From assembly GCA_030390025.1 (NCBI GenBank), contig CM059432.1:50780001-50844000 (forward strand): DNA of 64,000 nucleotides. Reading direction: 5' to 3'. This document shows positions 37,901 through 50,968 of this stretch, piece by piece; within the stretch, counting starts at the first letter, position 1; each line of letters begins with the position of its first letter. This DNA comes from Squalus acanthias (taxonomy: Eukaryota). A model generated the notes under the pieces. It searched no databases and was not told where the DNA came from. It saw only the letters and a list, made by a program, of their open reading frames with translations. The position numbers and the translations under genes were made by a program.

Positions 37901-40900
37901 GAAGCATGGTGCAAGTCACACAAGAAACATGTTGCACGTGACATAAGCAACATGGTGCCCGTGACACAAGAAGCATGGTGCAAGTCACACAAGAAGCATG
38001 GAGCACGTGACAGTAGTAACATGGTGCCCGTGACACAAGAAGCATGGTGTACGTGACACAAGTAGCATGACGTACGTGACACAAGTAACATGGTGTACGT
38101 GACTCAAGTAACATGGTGCACGTGACACAATTAGCATTTTGCACGTGACACAAGAAGCATGGTGCACGTGACACAAGTAGCATGGTGTATGTGACACAAG
38201 AAACATGGCTCACATGACACAAGAAGCATGGTGCACGTGACACAAGAAGCATGGTGCACATGACACAAGAAACATGGTGCCCGTGACACAAGAAGCATGG
38301 TGCACGTGACACAAGTAGCATGACGTACGTGACACAAGTAACATGGTGTACGTGACTCAAGTAACATGATGTACGTGACACAATTAGCATTTTGCACGTG
38401 ACACAAGAAGCATGGTGCACGTGACACAAGTAGCATGGTGTATGTGACACAAGAAAAATGGCTCACATGACACAAGAAGCATGGTGCACGTGACACAAGA
38501 AGCATCGTGCACATGACACAAGAAACATGGTGCACGTGGCACAAGAAGCATGGATGTACGTGACACAAGTAGCATTTTGCACGTGACACAAGAAGCATGG
38601 TGCACGTGGCACAAGAAGCATGTTGCACGTGACACAAGCAGCATGGTGCATGTGGCACAAGAAGCATGGTGCACGTGACACAACAAGCATGGTGCATGTG
38701 ACACAAGTATCATGGTGCACGTGGCACAACAAGCATGGTGCATATGACACAAGAAACATGGCGCACGTGACACAAGTAGCATGGTGCACGTGGCACAAGA
38801 AGCATGTTGCACGTGACACAAGAAGCATGTTGCACGTGACACAAGAAGCATGTTGCACGTGACACAAGAAGCATGGTGCACATGACACAAGAAGCATGGT
38901 GCACGTGGCACAAGAAGCATGTTGCACGTGACACAAGAAGCATGTTGCACGTGACACAAGAAGCATGGTGCACATGACACAAGAAGCATGTTGCACGTGA
39001 CACAAGTAGCATGGTGCACGTGGCACAAGAAGCATGTTGCACGTGATGCAAGAAGCATGTTGCACGTGACACAAGAAACATGGTGCACGTGACACAAGAA
39101 GCATGGTGCAAGTCACACAAGAAACATGTTGCACGTGACATAAGCAACATGGTGCCCGTGACACAAGAAGCATGGTGCAAGTCACACAAGAAGCATGGAG
39201 CACGTGACAGTAGTAACATGGTGCCCGTGACACAAGAAGCATGGTGTACGTGACACAAGAAGCATGGTGTACGTGACACAAGTAGCATGACGTACGTGAC
39301 ACAAGTAACATGGTGTACGTGACTCAAGTAACATGGTGTACGTGACTCAAGTAACATGATGTACATGACACAAGTAGCATGGTGCACATGACACAAGTAG
39401 CATGGAGCACATGACACAGGTAGCATGGTGCACGTGACACAAGTAGCATGGTGTACGTGACACAAGTAGCATGGTGCACATGACACAAGAAGCATGGTGC
39501 ACGTGGCACAAGAAGCATGTTGCACGTGACACAAGAAGCATGGTGCATGTGGCACAAGAAGCATGGTGCACGTGACACAGGTAGAATGGAGCATGTGACA
39601 CTAGTAGCATGGTGCACATGACACAAGAAGCATGGTGCACGTGACACAAATAGCATGGTGCACATGACACAAGAAGCATGGTGCACGTGACACAAGTAGC
39701 ATGGTGCACGTGACACAAGTAGCATGGAGCACGTGACACAAGAAGCTTGGTGCACGTGACACAAGTAGCATGGTGAACATAATACAAGAAGCATGGTGCA
39801 AGTCATACAAGAAGCATGGAGCACGTGACAGTAGTAACATGGTGCCCGTGACACAAGAAGCATGGTGTACGTGACACAAGTAGCATGACGTACGTGACAC
39901 GAGTAACATGGTGTACATGACACAAGTAGCATGGTGCATGTGACACAGGAAGCATGGTGCACGTGACACAAGAAGCATGGTGCACATGACACAAGAAGCA
40001 TGGCGCACATGACACAAGTAGCATGGAGCACGTGACACAAGTAACATGGTGCACGTGACACAAGAAGCATGGTGCACATGACACAAGAAGCATGGTGCAC
40101 GTGACACAAGAAGCATGGTGCACATGACACAGGTAACATGGTGCACGTGACACAAGAAGCATGGTGTACGTGACACAAGTAGCATGACGTACGTGACACA
40201 AGTAACATGGTGTACGTGACTCAAGTAACATGATGTACGTGACACAAGTAGCATGGTGTACATGACACAAGTAGCATGGTGCACATGACACAAGTAGCAT
40301 GGAGCACATGACATAGGTAGCATGGTGCACGTGACACAAGTAGCATGGTGCACATGACACAGGTAGCATGGTGCACGTGACACAAGTAGCATGGTGCACA
40401 TGACACAAGAAGCATGGTGCATGTGGCACAAGAAGCATGGTGCACGTGACACAGGTAGCATGGAGCATGTGTCACTAGTAGCATGGTGCACGCGACACAA
40501 GAAGCATGGTGCACGTGACACAAATAGCGGTGCACATGACACAAGAAGCATGGTGCACGTGACACAAGTAGCATGGTGCATGCGACACAAGTAGCATGGA
40601 GCACGTGACACAAGTAACATGGTGCACGTGACACAAGAAGCATGGTGCACATGACACAAGAAGCATGGTGCACGTGACACAAGTAGCATGGTGCACGTGA
40701 CACAAGTAACATGGTGCACGTGACACAAGAAGCATGGTGCACATGACACAAGAAGCATGGTGCACGTGACACAAGAAGCATGGTGCACATGACACAGGCA
40801 ACATGGTGCACGTGACACAAGAAGCATGGTGCACGTGGCACAAGAAGCATGGATGTACGTGACAAAAGTAGCATTTTGCACGTGACACAAGAAGCATGGT

Positions 40901-43900
40901 GCATGCGACACAAGAAACATGGCTCACATGACACAAGAAGCATGGTACACATGACACAAGAAGCATGGTGCACGTGACACAGGTAGCATGGAGCATGTGA
41001 CACTAGTAGCATGGTGCACACGACACAAGAAGCATGGTGCACGTGACACAAATAGCATGGTGCACATGACACTAGAAGCATGGTGCACGTGACACAAGTA
41101 GCATGGTGCACGTGACACAAGTAACATGGAGCACGTGACACAAGAAGCGTGGTGCACGTGACACAAGTAGCATGGTGAACATGACACAAGAAGCATGGTG
41201 CAAGTCACACAAGAAGCATGGAGCACGTGACAGTAGTAACATGGTGCCCGTGACACAAGAAGCATGGTGTACGTGACACAAGTAGCATGACGTACGTGAC
41301 ACAAGTAACATGGTGTACGTGACTCAAGTAACATGATGTACATGACACAAGTAGCATGGTGCATGTGACACAGGAAGCATGGTGCACGTGACACAAGTAG
41401 CATGGAGCACGTAACACAAGTAACATGGTGCACGTGACACAAGAAGCATGGCGCACGTGACACAAGTAGCATGGAGCACGTGACACAAGTAACATGGTGC
41501 ACGTGACACAAGAAGCATGGTGCACATGACACAAGAAGCATGGTGCACGTGACACAAGAAGCATGGTGCACATGACACAGGTAACATGGTGCACGTGACA
41601 CAAGAAGCATGGTGTACGTGACACAAGTAGCATGACGTACGTGACATAAGTAACATGGTGTACGTGACACAAGTAGCATGGTGTACATGACACAAGTAGC
41701 ATGGTGCACATGACACAAGTAGCATGGAGCACATGACACAGGTAGCATGGTGCACGTGACACAAGTAGCATGGTGCACATGACACAAGAAGCATGGTGCA
41801 CGTGGCACAAGAAGCATGGTGCACGTGACACAAGAAGCATGGTGCATGTGGCACAAGAAGCATGGTGCACGTGACACAGGTAGCATGGAGCATGTGACAC
41901 TAGTAGCATGGTGCACGCGACACAAGAAGCATGGTGCACGTGACACAAATAGCATGGTGCACATGACACAAGAAGCATGGTGCACGTGACACAAGTAGCA
42001 TGGTGCATGCGACACAAGTAGCATGGAGCACGTGACACAAGTAACATGGTGCACGTGACACAAGAAGCATGGTGCACATGACACAAGAAGCATGGTGCAC
42101 GTGACACAAGAAGCATGGTGCACATGACACAGGCAACATGGTGCACGTGACACAAGAAGCATGGTACACATGACACAAGAAGTATGGTGCACGTGACACA
42201 GGTAGCATGGAGCATGTGACACTAGTAGCATGGTGCACACGACACAAGAAGCATGGTGCACGTGACACAAATAGCATGGTGCACATGACACTAGAAGCAT
42301 GGTGCACGTGACACAAGTAGCATGGTGCACGTGACACAAGTAACATGGAGCACGTGACACAAGAAGCGTGGTGCACGTGACACAAGTAGCATGGTGAACA
42401 TGACACAAGAAGCATGGTGCAAGTCACACAAGAAGCATGGAGCACGTGACAGTAGTAACATGGTGCCCGTGACACAAGAAGCATGGTGTACGTGACACAA
42501 GTAGCATGACGTACGTGACACAAGTAACATGGTGTACGTGACTCAAGTAACATGATGTACATGACACAAGTAGCATGGTGTATGTGACACAGGAAGCATG
42601 GTGCACGTGACACAAGTAGCATGGAGCACGTAACACAAGTAACATGGTGCACGTGACACAAGAAGCATGGCGCACGTGACACAAGTAGCATGGAGCACGT
42701 GACACAAGTAACATGGTGCACGTGACACAAGAAGCATGGTGCACATGACACAGGCAACATGGTGCACGTGACACAAGAAGCATGGTACACATGACACAAG
42801 AAGTATGGTGCACGTGACACAGGTAGCATGGAGCATGTGACACTAGTAGCATGGTGCACACGACACAAGAAGCATGGTGCACGTGACATAAATAGCATGG
42901 TGCACATGACACTAGAAGCATGGTGCACGTGACACAAGTAGCATGGTGCACGTGACACAAGTAACATGGAGCACGTGACACAAGAAGCGTGGTGCACGTG
43001 ACACAAGTAGCATGGTGAACATGACACAAGAAGCATGGTGCAAGTCACACAAGAAGCATGGAGCACGTGACAGTAGTAACATGGTGCCCGTGACACAAGA
43101 AGCATGGTGTACGTGACACAAGTAGCATGACGTACGTGACACAAGTAACATGGTGTACGTGACTCAAGTAACATGATGTACATGACACAAGTAGCATGGT
43201 GTATGTGACACAGGAAGCATGGTGCACGTGACACAAGTAGCATGGAGCACGTAACACAAGTAACATGGTGCACGTGACACAAGAAGCATGGCGCACGTGA
43301 CACAAGTAGCATGGAGCACGTGACACAAGTAACATGGTGCACGTGACACAAGAAGCATGGTGCACATGACACAAGAAGCATGGTGCACGTGACACAAGAA
43401 GCATGGTGCACATGACACAGGTAACATGGTGCACGTGACACAAGAAGCATGGTGTACGTGACACAAGTAGCATGACGTACGTGACATAAGTAACATGGTG
43501 TACGTGACACAAGTAGCATGGTGTACATGACACAAGTAGCATGGTGCACATGACACAATTAGCATGGAGCACATGACACAGGCAACATGGTGCACGTGAC
43601 ACAAGAAGCATGGTACACATGACACAAGAAGTATGGTGCACGTGACACAGGTAGCATGGAGCATGTGACACTAGTAGCATGGTGCACACGACACAAGAAG
43701 CATGGTGCACGTGACACAAATAGCATGGTGCACATGACACTAGAAGCATGGTGCACGTGACACAAGTAGCATGGTGCACGTGACACAAGTAACATGGAGC
43801 ACGTGACACAAGAAGCGTGGTGCACGTGACACAAGTAGCATGGTGAACATGACACAAGAAGCATGGTGCAAGTCACACAAGAAGCATGGAGCACGTGACA

Positions 43901-46900
43901 GTAGTAACATGGTGCCCGTGACACAAGAAGCATGGTGTACGTGACACAAGTAGCATGACGTACGTGACACAAGTAACATGGTGTACGTGACTCAAGTAAC
44001 ATGATGTACATGACACAAGTAGCATGGTGTATGTGACACAGGAAGCATGGTGCACGTGACACAAGTAGCATGGAGCACGTAACACAAGTAACATGGTGCA
44101 CGTGACACAAGAAGCATGGCGCACGTGACACAAGTAGCATGGAGCACGTGACACAAGTAACATGGTGCACGTGACACAAGAAGCATGGTGCACATGACAC
44201 AAGAAGCATGGTGCACGTGACACAAGAAGCATGGTGCACATGACACAGGTAACATGGTGCACGTGACACAAGAAGCATGGTGTACGTGACACAAGTAGCA
44301 TGACGTACGTGACATAAGTAACATGGTGTACGTGACACAAGTAGCATGGTGTACATGACACAAATAGCATGGTGCACATGACACAATTAGCATGGAGCAC
44401 ATGACACAGGTAGCATGGTGCACGTGACACAAGTAGCATGGTGCACATGACACAAGAAGCATGGTGCACGTGGCACAAGAAGCATGGTGCATGTGACACA
44501 AGAAGCATGGTGCATGTGGCACAAGAAGCATGGTGCACGTGACACAGGTAGCATGGAGCATGTGACACTAGTAGCATGGTGCACGCGACACAAGAAGCAT
44601 GGTGCACGTGACACAAATAGCATGGTGCACATGACACAAGAAGCATGGTGCACGTGACACAAGTAGCATGGTGCATGCGACACAAGTAGCATGGAGCACG
44701 TGACACAAGTAACATGGTGCACGTGACTCAAGAAGCATGGTGCACATGACACAAGAAGCATGGTGCACGTGACACAAGAAGCATGGTGCACATGACACAG
44801 GCAACATGGTGCACGTGACACAAGAAGCATGGTACACATGACACAAGAAGTATGGTGCACGTGACACAGGTAGCATGGAGCATGTGACACTAGTAGCATG
44901 GTGCACACGACACAAGAAGCATGGTGCACGTGACACAAATAGCATGGTGCACATGACACTAGAAGCATGGTGCACGTGACACAAGTAGCATGGTGCACGT
45001 GACACAAGTAACATGGAGCACGTGACACAAGAAGCGTGGTGCACGTGACACAAGTAGCATGGTGAACATGACACAAGAAGCATGGTGCAAGTCACACAAG
45101 AAGCATGGAGCACGTGACAGTAGTAACATGGTGCCCGTGACACAAGAAGCATGGTGTACGTGACACAAGTAGCATGACGTACGTGACACAAGTAACATGG
45201 TGTACGTGACTCAAGTAACATGATGTACATGACACAAGTAGCATGGTGTATGTGACACAGGAAGCATGGTGCACGTGACACAAGTAGCATGGAGCACGTA
45301 ACACAAGTAACATGGTGCACGTGACACAAGAAGCATGGCGCACGTGACACAAGTAGCATGGAGCACGTGACACAAGTAACATGGTGCACGTGACACAAGA
45401 AGCATGGTGCACATGACACAAGAAGCATGGTGCACGTGACACAAGAAGCATGGTGCACATGACACAGGTAACATGGTGCACGTGACACAAGAAGCATGGT
45501 GTACGTGACACAAGTAGCATGACGTACGTGACATAAGTAACATGGTGTACGTGACACAAGTAGCATGGTGTACATGACACAAGTAGCATGGTGCACATGA
45601 CACAATTAGCATGGAGCACATGACACAGGTAGCATGGTGCACGTGACACAAGTAGCATGGTGCACATGACACAAGAAGCATGGTGCACGTGGCACAAGAA
45701 GCATGGTGCATGTGACACAAGAAGCATGGTGCATGTGGCACAAGAAGCATGGTGCACGTGACACAGGTAGCATGGAGCATGTGACACTAGTAGCATGGTG
45801 CACGCGACACAAGAAGCATGGTGCACGTGACACAAATAGCATGGTGCACATGACACAAGAAGCATGGTGCACGTGACACAAGTAGCATGGTGCACGTGAC
45901 ACAAGTAGCATGGAGCACGTGACACAAGTAACATGGTGCACATGACACAGGCAACATGGTGCACGTGACACAAGAAGCATGGTGCACGTGGCACAAGAAG
46001 CATGGATGTACGTGATACAAGTAGCATTTTGCACATGACACAAGAAGCATGGTGCATGCGACACAAGAAACATGGCTCACATGACACAAGAAGCATGGCG
46101 CACGTGACACAAGAAGCATGGTGCACATGACACAGGTAACATGGTGCACGTGACACAAGAAGCATGGTGCACATGACACAAGAAGCATGGTGCACGTGGC
46201 ACAAGAAGCATGGATGTACGTGGCACAAGAAGCATGTTGCACGTGACACAAGAAGCATGGTGCATGTGGCACAAGAAGCATGGTGCACGTGACACAGGTA
46301 GCATGGAGCATGTGACACTAGTAGCATGGTGCACGCGACACAAGAAGCATGGTGCACGTGACACAAATAGCATGGTGCACATGACACAAGAAGCATGGTG
46401 CACGTGACACAAGTAGCATGGTGCATGTGACACAAGTAGCATGGAGCACGTGACACAAGAAGCGTGGTGCACGTGACACAAGTAGCATGGTGCACATGAC
46501 ACAAGAAGCATGGTGCAAGTCACACAAGAAGCATGGAGCACGTGACAGTAGTAACATGGTGCACGTGGCACAAGAAGCATGGTGTACGTGACACAAGTAG
46601 CATGACGTACGTGACACAAGTAACATGGTGTACGTGACTCAAGTAACATAATGTACGTGACACAAGTAGCATGGTGCACGTGACACAGGAAGCATGGTGC
46701 ACGTGACACAAGTAGCATGGAGCACGTGACACAAGTAACATGGTGCACGTGACACAAGAAGCATGGTGCACATGACACAAGAAGCATGGTGCACGTGACA
46801 CAAGTAGCATGGAGCATGTGACACAAGTAACATGGTGCACGTGACACAAGAAGCATGGTGCACATGACACAAGAAGCATGGTGCACGTGACACAAGGACC

Positions 46901-47487
46901 ATGGTGCACATGACACAAGGACCATGGTGCACATGACACAAGTAGCATGGTGCACGCGACACAAGAAACATGGTGCACGTGACACAAGAAGCATGGTGCA
47001 CGCGACACAAGAAACATGGCGCACGTGACACAAGAAGCATGGTGTACGTGACACAAGAAGCATGGTGCACGCGACACAAGTAGCATGGTGCACGCGACAC
47101 AAGTAGCATGGTGCACGCGACACAGGACACATGGCGCACATGACACAAGTAGCATGGTGCACGTGACACAAGTAGCATGGTGCATGTGACACAAGTAGCA
47201 TGGTGCACATGACACAAGAAGTGCACATGACACAAATTTAATTGTGCACGTGACACGAAGCATGGTGCACGTGGCACAAGTAGCATGGTGCACGTGACAC
47301 AAGTAGCATGGTGCATGTGACACAAGAAGCATGGTGCACGTGACACTAGTAGCATGGTGCATGTGACACAAGTAGCATGGTGCATGTGACACAAGTAGCA
47401 TGGTGCACATGACACAAGAAGTGCACATGACACAAATTTAATTGTGCACGTGACACGAAGCATGGTGCATGTGACACAAGAAGTGCA
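13993..47487. repeat. 23-bp satellite array, ~33.5 kb, ~1,450 monomers, with higher-order repeats
   Basis: Consensus GTGACACAAGWAGCATGGTGYAC. No insertions of foreign sequence were seen. Periods were read from offsets between identical ORF translations. Confidence 0.99.
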
Positions 47488-48029
47488 TAGGACTGTGTGC
47501 GAGGTTGTACCGTCTACTTGAAGGGGCAAGTTCGTTTAGCCTGATGATCCTGACCTTTTTTGTACATTTGTATGTACAGAGCGAGGATTGAACCCCGGAT
47601 ATATATGGTGTACATGGCTCAGCTACTGACCAGAAGAGGCATTAGCACAAGAGCCTTTAGCAGCTGCAAGACCTTAATACAGGACACTTTCTCCTGCAGA
47701 CCCCAAGAACCAGTCTGCCCAGTATCTTCTCAGTCCCAGTGCAATAAATCTCTCATAGCAGCCAATAGACAGCCAGGTCCAAAGAACTGTTGGGACTCTG
47801 CCTCCCTTGTCTTGCTGTCTGACCCTCTCAGACCCTTTGATCAGAGGACGTTGATAGAGTCAGGTGTTATTTTTCCATTCTTCACAGGTTTAATATTCGA
47901 ACAACAAAGCAATTCCCTGACATTTGCAATTTTTGGTCAGCCAGATGTCCGGAATGTGGGGAAACCTCTCACCATGTTTAAGAAATTCAAAACAAAGCTA
48001 CTGAGAAATCCACCTAGAGTTTCTGTTTA

Positions 48030-48136
48030 AACAAAAACAGAAAATTGCAGATGGTGGAAATCTGAAACAAAAATAGAAAATGCCGGAAACACTCAGCAGG
48101 TCAGTCAGCATCTGTGGAGAGCACAGACAAGTTAAT
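48030..48136 (-). mobile_element. Penelope-like terminal-repeat fragment (continues 48873-48878 and ~49373-49390)
   Basis: Minus strand reads TGAAACATTAAC...CCACAGATGCTGACTGACCTGCTGAGTGTTTCC..., which I recognise from recollection as an abundant chondrichthyan Penelope-associated repeat. Not database-verified. Confidence 0.55.
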
Positions 48137-48869
48137 GGCCCAAAAATTAGTGAGGGAGCCTTCGTGCGAGGGTAAGGCATCCCCGCGATCTCTCACTGCG
48201 CGCTGGCTTTTTCATTCCCAGCTCGCACGAACTTGATGTTCTGGACAGCAGCTGTGCAGGGCTTCCGTATCCCACAGGCGCAGTTAATTCGTGCGAGCTG
48301 TGGGATCACGTGACTCAGTTAGAGCCAATGGCAGCACACCATCTTTCATTCATAGCTTTCACACAAGTGCTGTGAAAGCTATGAATCTATACCCCCCCAA
48401 AAGAACAGCTAAACCTCAATTAAATTTTTTTTTTAAAACCATCACATTAATAAAATAAGTATAGTTAAATAAATTAACCATTTTAAACAAAAAATTAAAT
48501 TTTTGAAAAAATTTAAAATCTTTTAAAAAGTTATAAAAATAAACTTACCTTTCTTTAAAGTCTCTAAAAAAGATATACCTGTTGAAAAAAATTCAAAATA
48601 ATACTTAATTAACTACTTACCTTGTTAAAAGAGGGTCTTACGCCTCCTTTCTTTATGTGCAAAATCTTCCATACTTACCTGCGCGTTCAAAGCACTAAGT
48701 GCACTGCGTGCGCGCAGCCTGTAGAGCGCACGCGGTTCACCTAGGAACCGCCCCCTTTTGAAATCACCAAGTGCCGGTTTTCAGCGCATGCAGAAAACCG
48801 GCAATTGGAGACAGAATACGCGAGAGTACACAATGCGTACTCTCGCGTAGCAACACTAATTTTTGGGCC
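48137..48869. mobile_element. Non-autonomous Harbinger-like MITE, 733 bp
   Basis: Perfect 16-bp TIR GGCCCAAAAATTAGTG. TSD AAT at 48134-48136 and 48870-48872. A second copy lies at 60139-60900. Confidence 0.95.
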
Positions 48870-48878
48870 AATGTTTCA

Positions 48879-49366
48879 ACAACAACAACTTGTATTTATA
48901 TAGTGCCTTTAACGTAGTAAAACATCCCAAGGCGCTTCACAGAAGCGTTATCAAACAAAATTTGACACCGAGCCACATAAGGCGATATTAGGACCGATGA
49001 CCAAAAGCTTGGTGAAAGTGATAGGTTTTAAGGAGTGTCTTAAATGAGGAGAGAGAGGTAGAGAGATTTAGGGAGGCAATTCCAGAGCTTAGAGCCTAGG
49101 TAGCTGAAGGCATGGTCGCCAATGGTGAAGCAATTGAAATCGGGGATGCGCAAAAGGCCAGAATTGGAGGAGCGCAGAGATCTCGGAGGGTTGTAGGGCT
49201 GGAGGAGGTTACAGAGATACGGAGGGACAAGGCTATGGAGGGATTTGAAAACAAGGATGTGAATTTTAAAATCGAGGCGTTGCCAGACTGGGAGCCAATG
49301 TAGGTCAGAGAGTACTGGGGTGCTGGGTGAACAGGACTTGGTGCGAGTTCGGACACGTGCAGCAGA
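48879..49366 (-). mobile_element. L2 LINE 3' fragment
   Basis: Minus strand encodes TPVLSDLHWLPVWQRLDFKIHILVFKSL. (TTG)n tail. Flanking GTTTCA duplication at 48873-48878 and 49367-49372. Confidence 0.88.
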
Positions 49367-49477
49367 GTTTCAGGTGTGAGCCCTTTTGCTTTTAAAAGAG
49401 AGATGGTTGGCACCTCATTTTTAGGTATGCCTGGTGCTGCTCCTGGCATGCTCTTCTACACTCCTTATTGAACCAGG

Positions 49478-50968
49478 GTTGGTCCAACACTGGCATCTAT
49501 CCGACAATGTGGAAAACTGCCCAGGTATGTCTTGTCCACAAAAAGCAGGACAAATCCAATCCAGCCAATTACCGCCCCATCAGTCTACTCTCAATCATCA
49601 GCAAAGTGATGGAAGGTGTCATCAACAGTGCTATCAAGCAGCACTTACTCACCAATAACCTGCTCACTGATGCCCAGTTTGAGTTCTGCCAGGACCACTC
49701 GGCTCCCGACCTCATTACAGCCTTGGTCCAAACATGGACAAAGGAGTTGAATTCCAGAGGTGAGGTGAGAGTGACTGCCCTTGACATCAAGGCAGCATTT
49801 GACTGAGTGTGGCACCAAGGAGTCCTAGTAAAACTGAAGTCAATGGGAATCGGGGGGGAAAACTCTCCACTGGTTGGAGTCATACCCAGCACAAAGGAAG
49901 ATGGTTGTGGTGATTGAAGGTCAATCATCACAGCCCCAGGACATCGCTGCAGGAGTTCTTCAGGGCAGTGTCCTAGGCCCAACCATCTTCAGCTGCTTCA
50001 TCAATGACCTTCCCTCCAACATAAGGTCAGAAATGGGGATGTTTGCTGATGACTGCACAGTGTTCAGTGCCATTCACAACTCCTCAGATAATGAAGTAGT
50101 CCATGCCCACATGCAACAAGACCTGGACGACATTCAGGCTTGGGCTGATAAGTGGCAGGTAACATTCACGCCACAGAAGTGCCAGGCAATGACTATCTCC
50201 AACAAGCAAGAGTCTAACCACCGCCCCTTGACATTCAACGGCATTACCATCGCCAAATCCCCCACCATCAACATCCTGGGGGTCACCATTGACCAGAAAC
50301 TTAACTGGACCAGCCACATAAATACTGTGGCAACAAGAGCAGGTCAAAGGCTAGGTAGTCTGCGGCGAGTGTCTCACCTCCTGACTCGCCAAAGCCTTTC
50401 CACCATCTACAAGGTACAAGTAAGATGTGTGATGGAATACTCTCCACTTGCCTAGATGAGTGCAGCTCCAACAACATTCAAGAAGCTCGACACCATCCAG
50501 GACAAAGCAGCCCGCTTGATTGGCACCCCATCCACCACCTTAAACATTCACTCCCTCCACCACCGGCGTATCATGGCTGCAGTGTGTACCATCTACAAGA
50601 TGCACTGCAGCAACTCACCAAGGCTTCTTCGGTAGCACCTCCCAAACCTGCGACCTCTACCGCCTAGAAGGACAAGGGCAGCAGAGGCATGGGAACACCA
50701 CCACCTCCAAGTTCCCCTCCAAGTCGTACACCTCTGATGAACCCTCTAGAATTCCTCACTGACTTAGAAGTATATCGCCGATCCTTCATCGTCGCTGGAT
50801 CAAAATCCTGGAACTCCCTACCTAACAGCACTGTGGGAATACCTTCAACACACAGACTGCAGCGGTTCAAGAAGGTGGCTCACCACCACCTTCTCAAGGG
50901 CAATTAGGGATGGACAATAAATGCTGGCCTTGCCAGCGATGCCCACATCCCATAAACGAATAAAAAAA
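49478..50968 (+). mobile_element. CR1-group LINE of a different lineage, 5'-truncated, degraded
   Basis: NYRPISLLSIISKVME, LDIKAAFD*VWH, QGSVLGP and FADD, with in-frame stops. 3' end CAATAAATGCTGGCCTTGCCAGCGATGCCCACATCCC plus an A-rich tail. Confidence 0.88.

Noticed and set aside
13993..47487. CRISPR-like array
   Set aside because: Monomers are head-to-tail with no unique spacers, there are no cas genes, and the context is eukaryotic.
13993..47529. Dozens of long Cys/His-rich minus-strand ORFs resembling zinc-finger or multiheme CxxCH proteins (CYLCH/CFLCH)
   Set aside because: The 23-bp consensus has no stop codon on that strand, so all three frames are open and give the same 23-aa cycle. 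There is no frame preference, and scattered stops and indels occur. This is a satellite artefact.
47560..48030. 156-aa plus-strand ORF next to the satellite
   Set aside because: No recognisable domain or splice support; consistent with chance.
48671..48681. U1 snRNA gene start (ATACTTACCTG)
   Set aside because: The match ends after 11 nt and lies inside a MITE; it is better read as a minus-strand splice donor.
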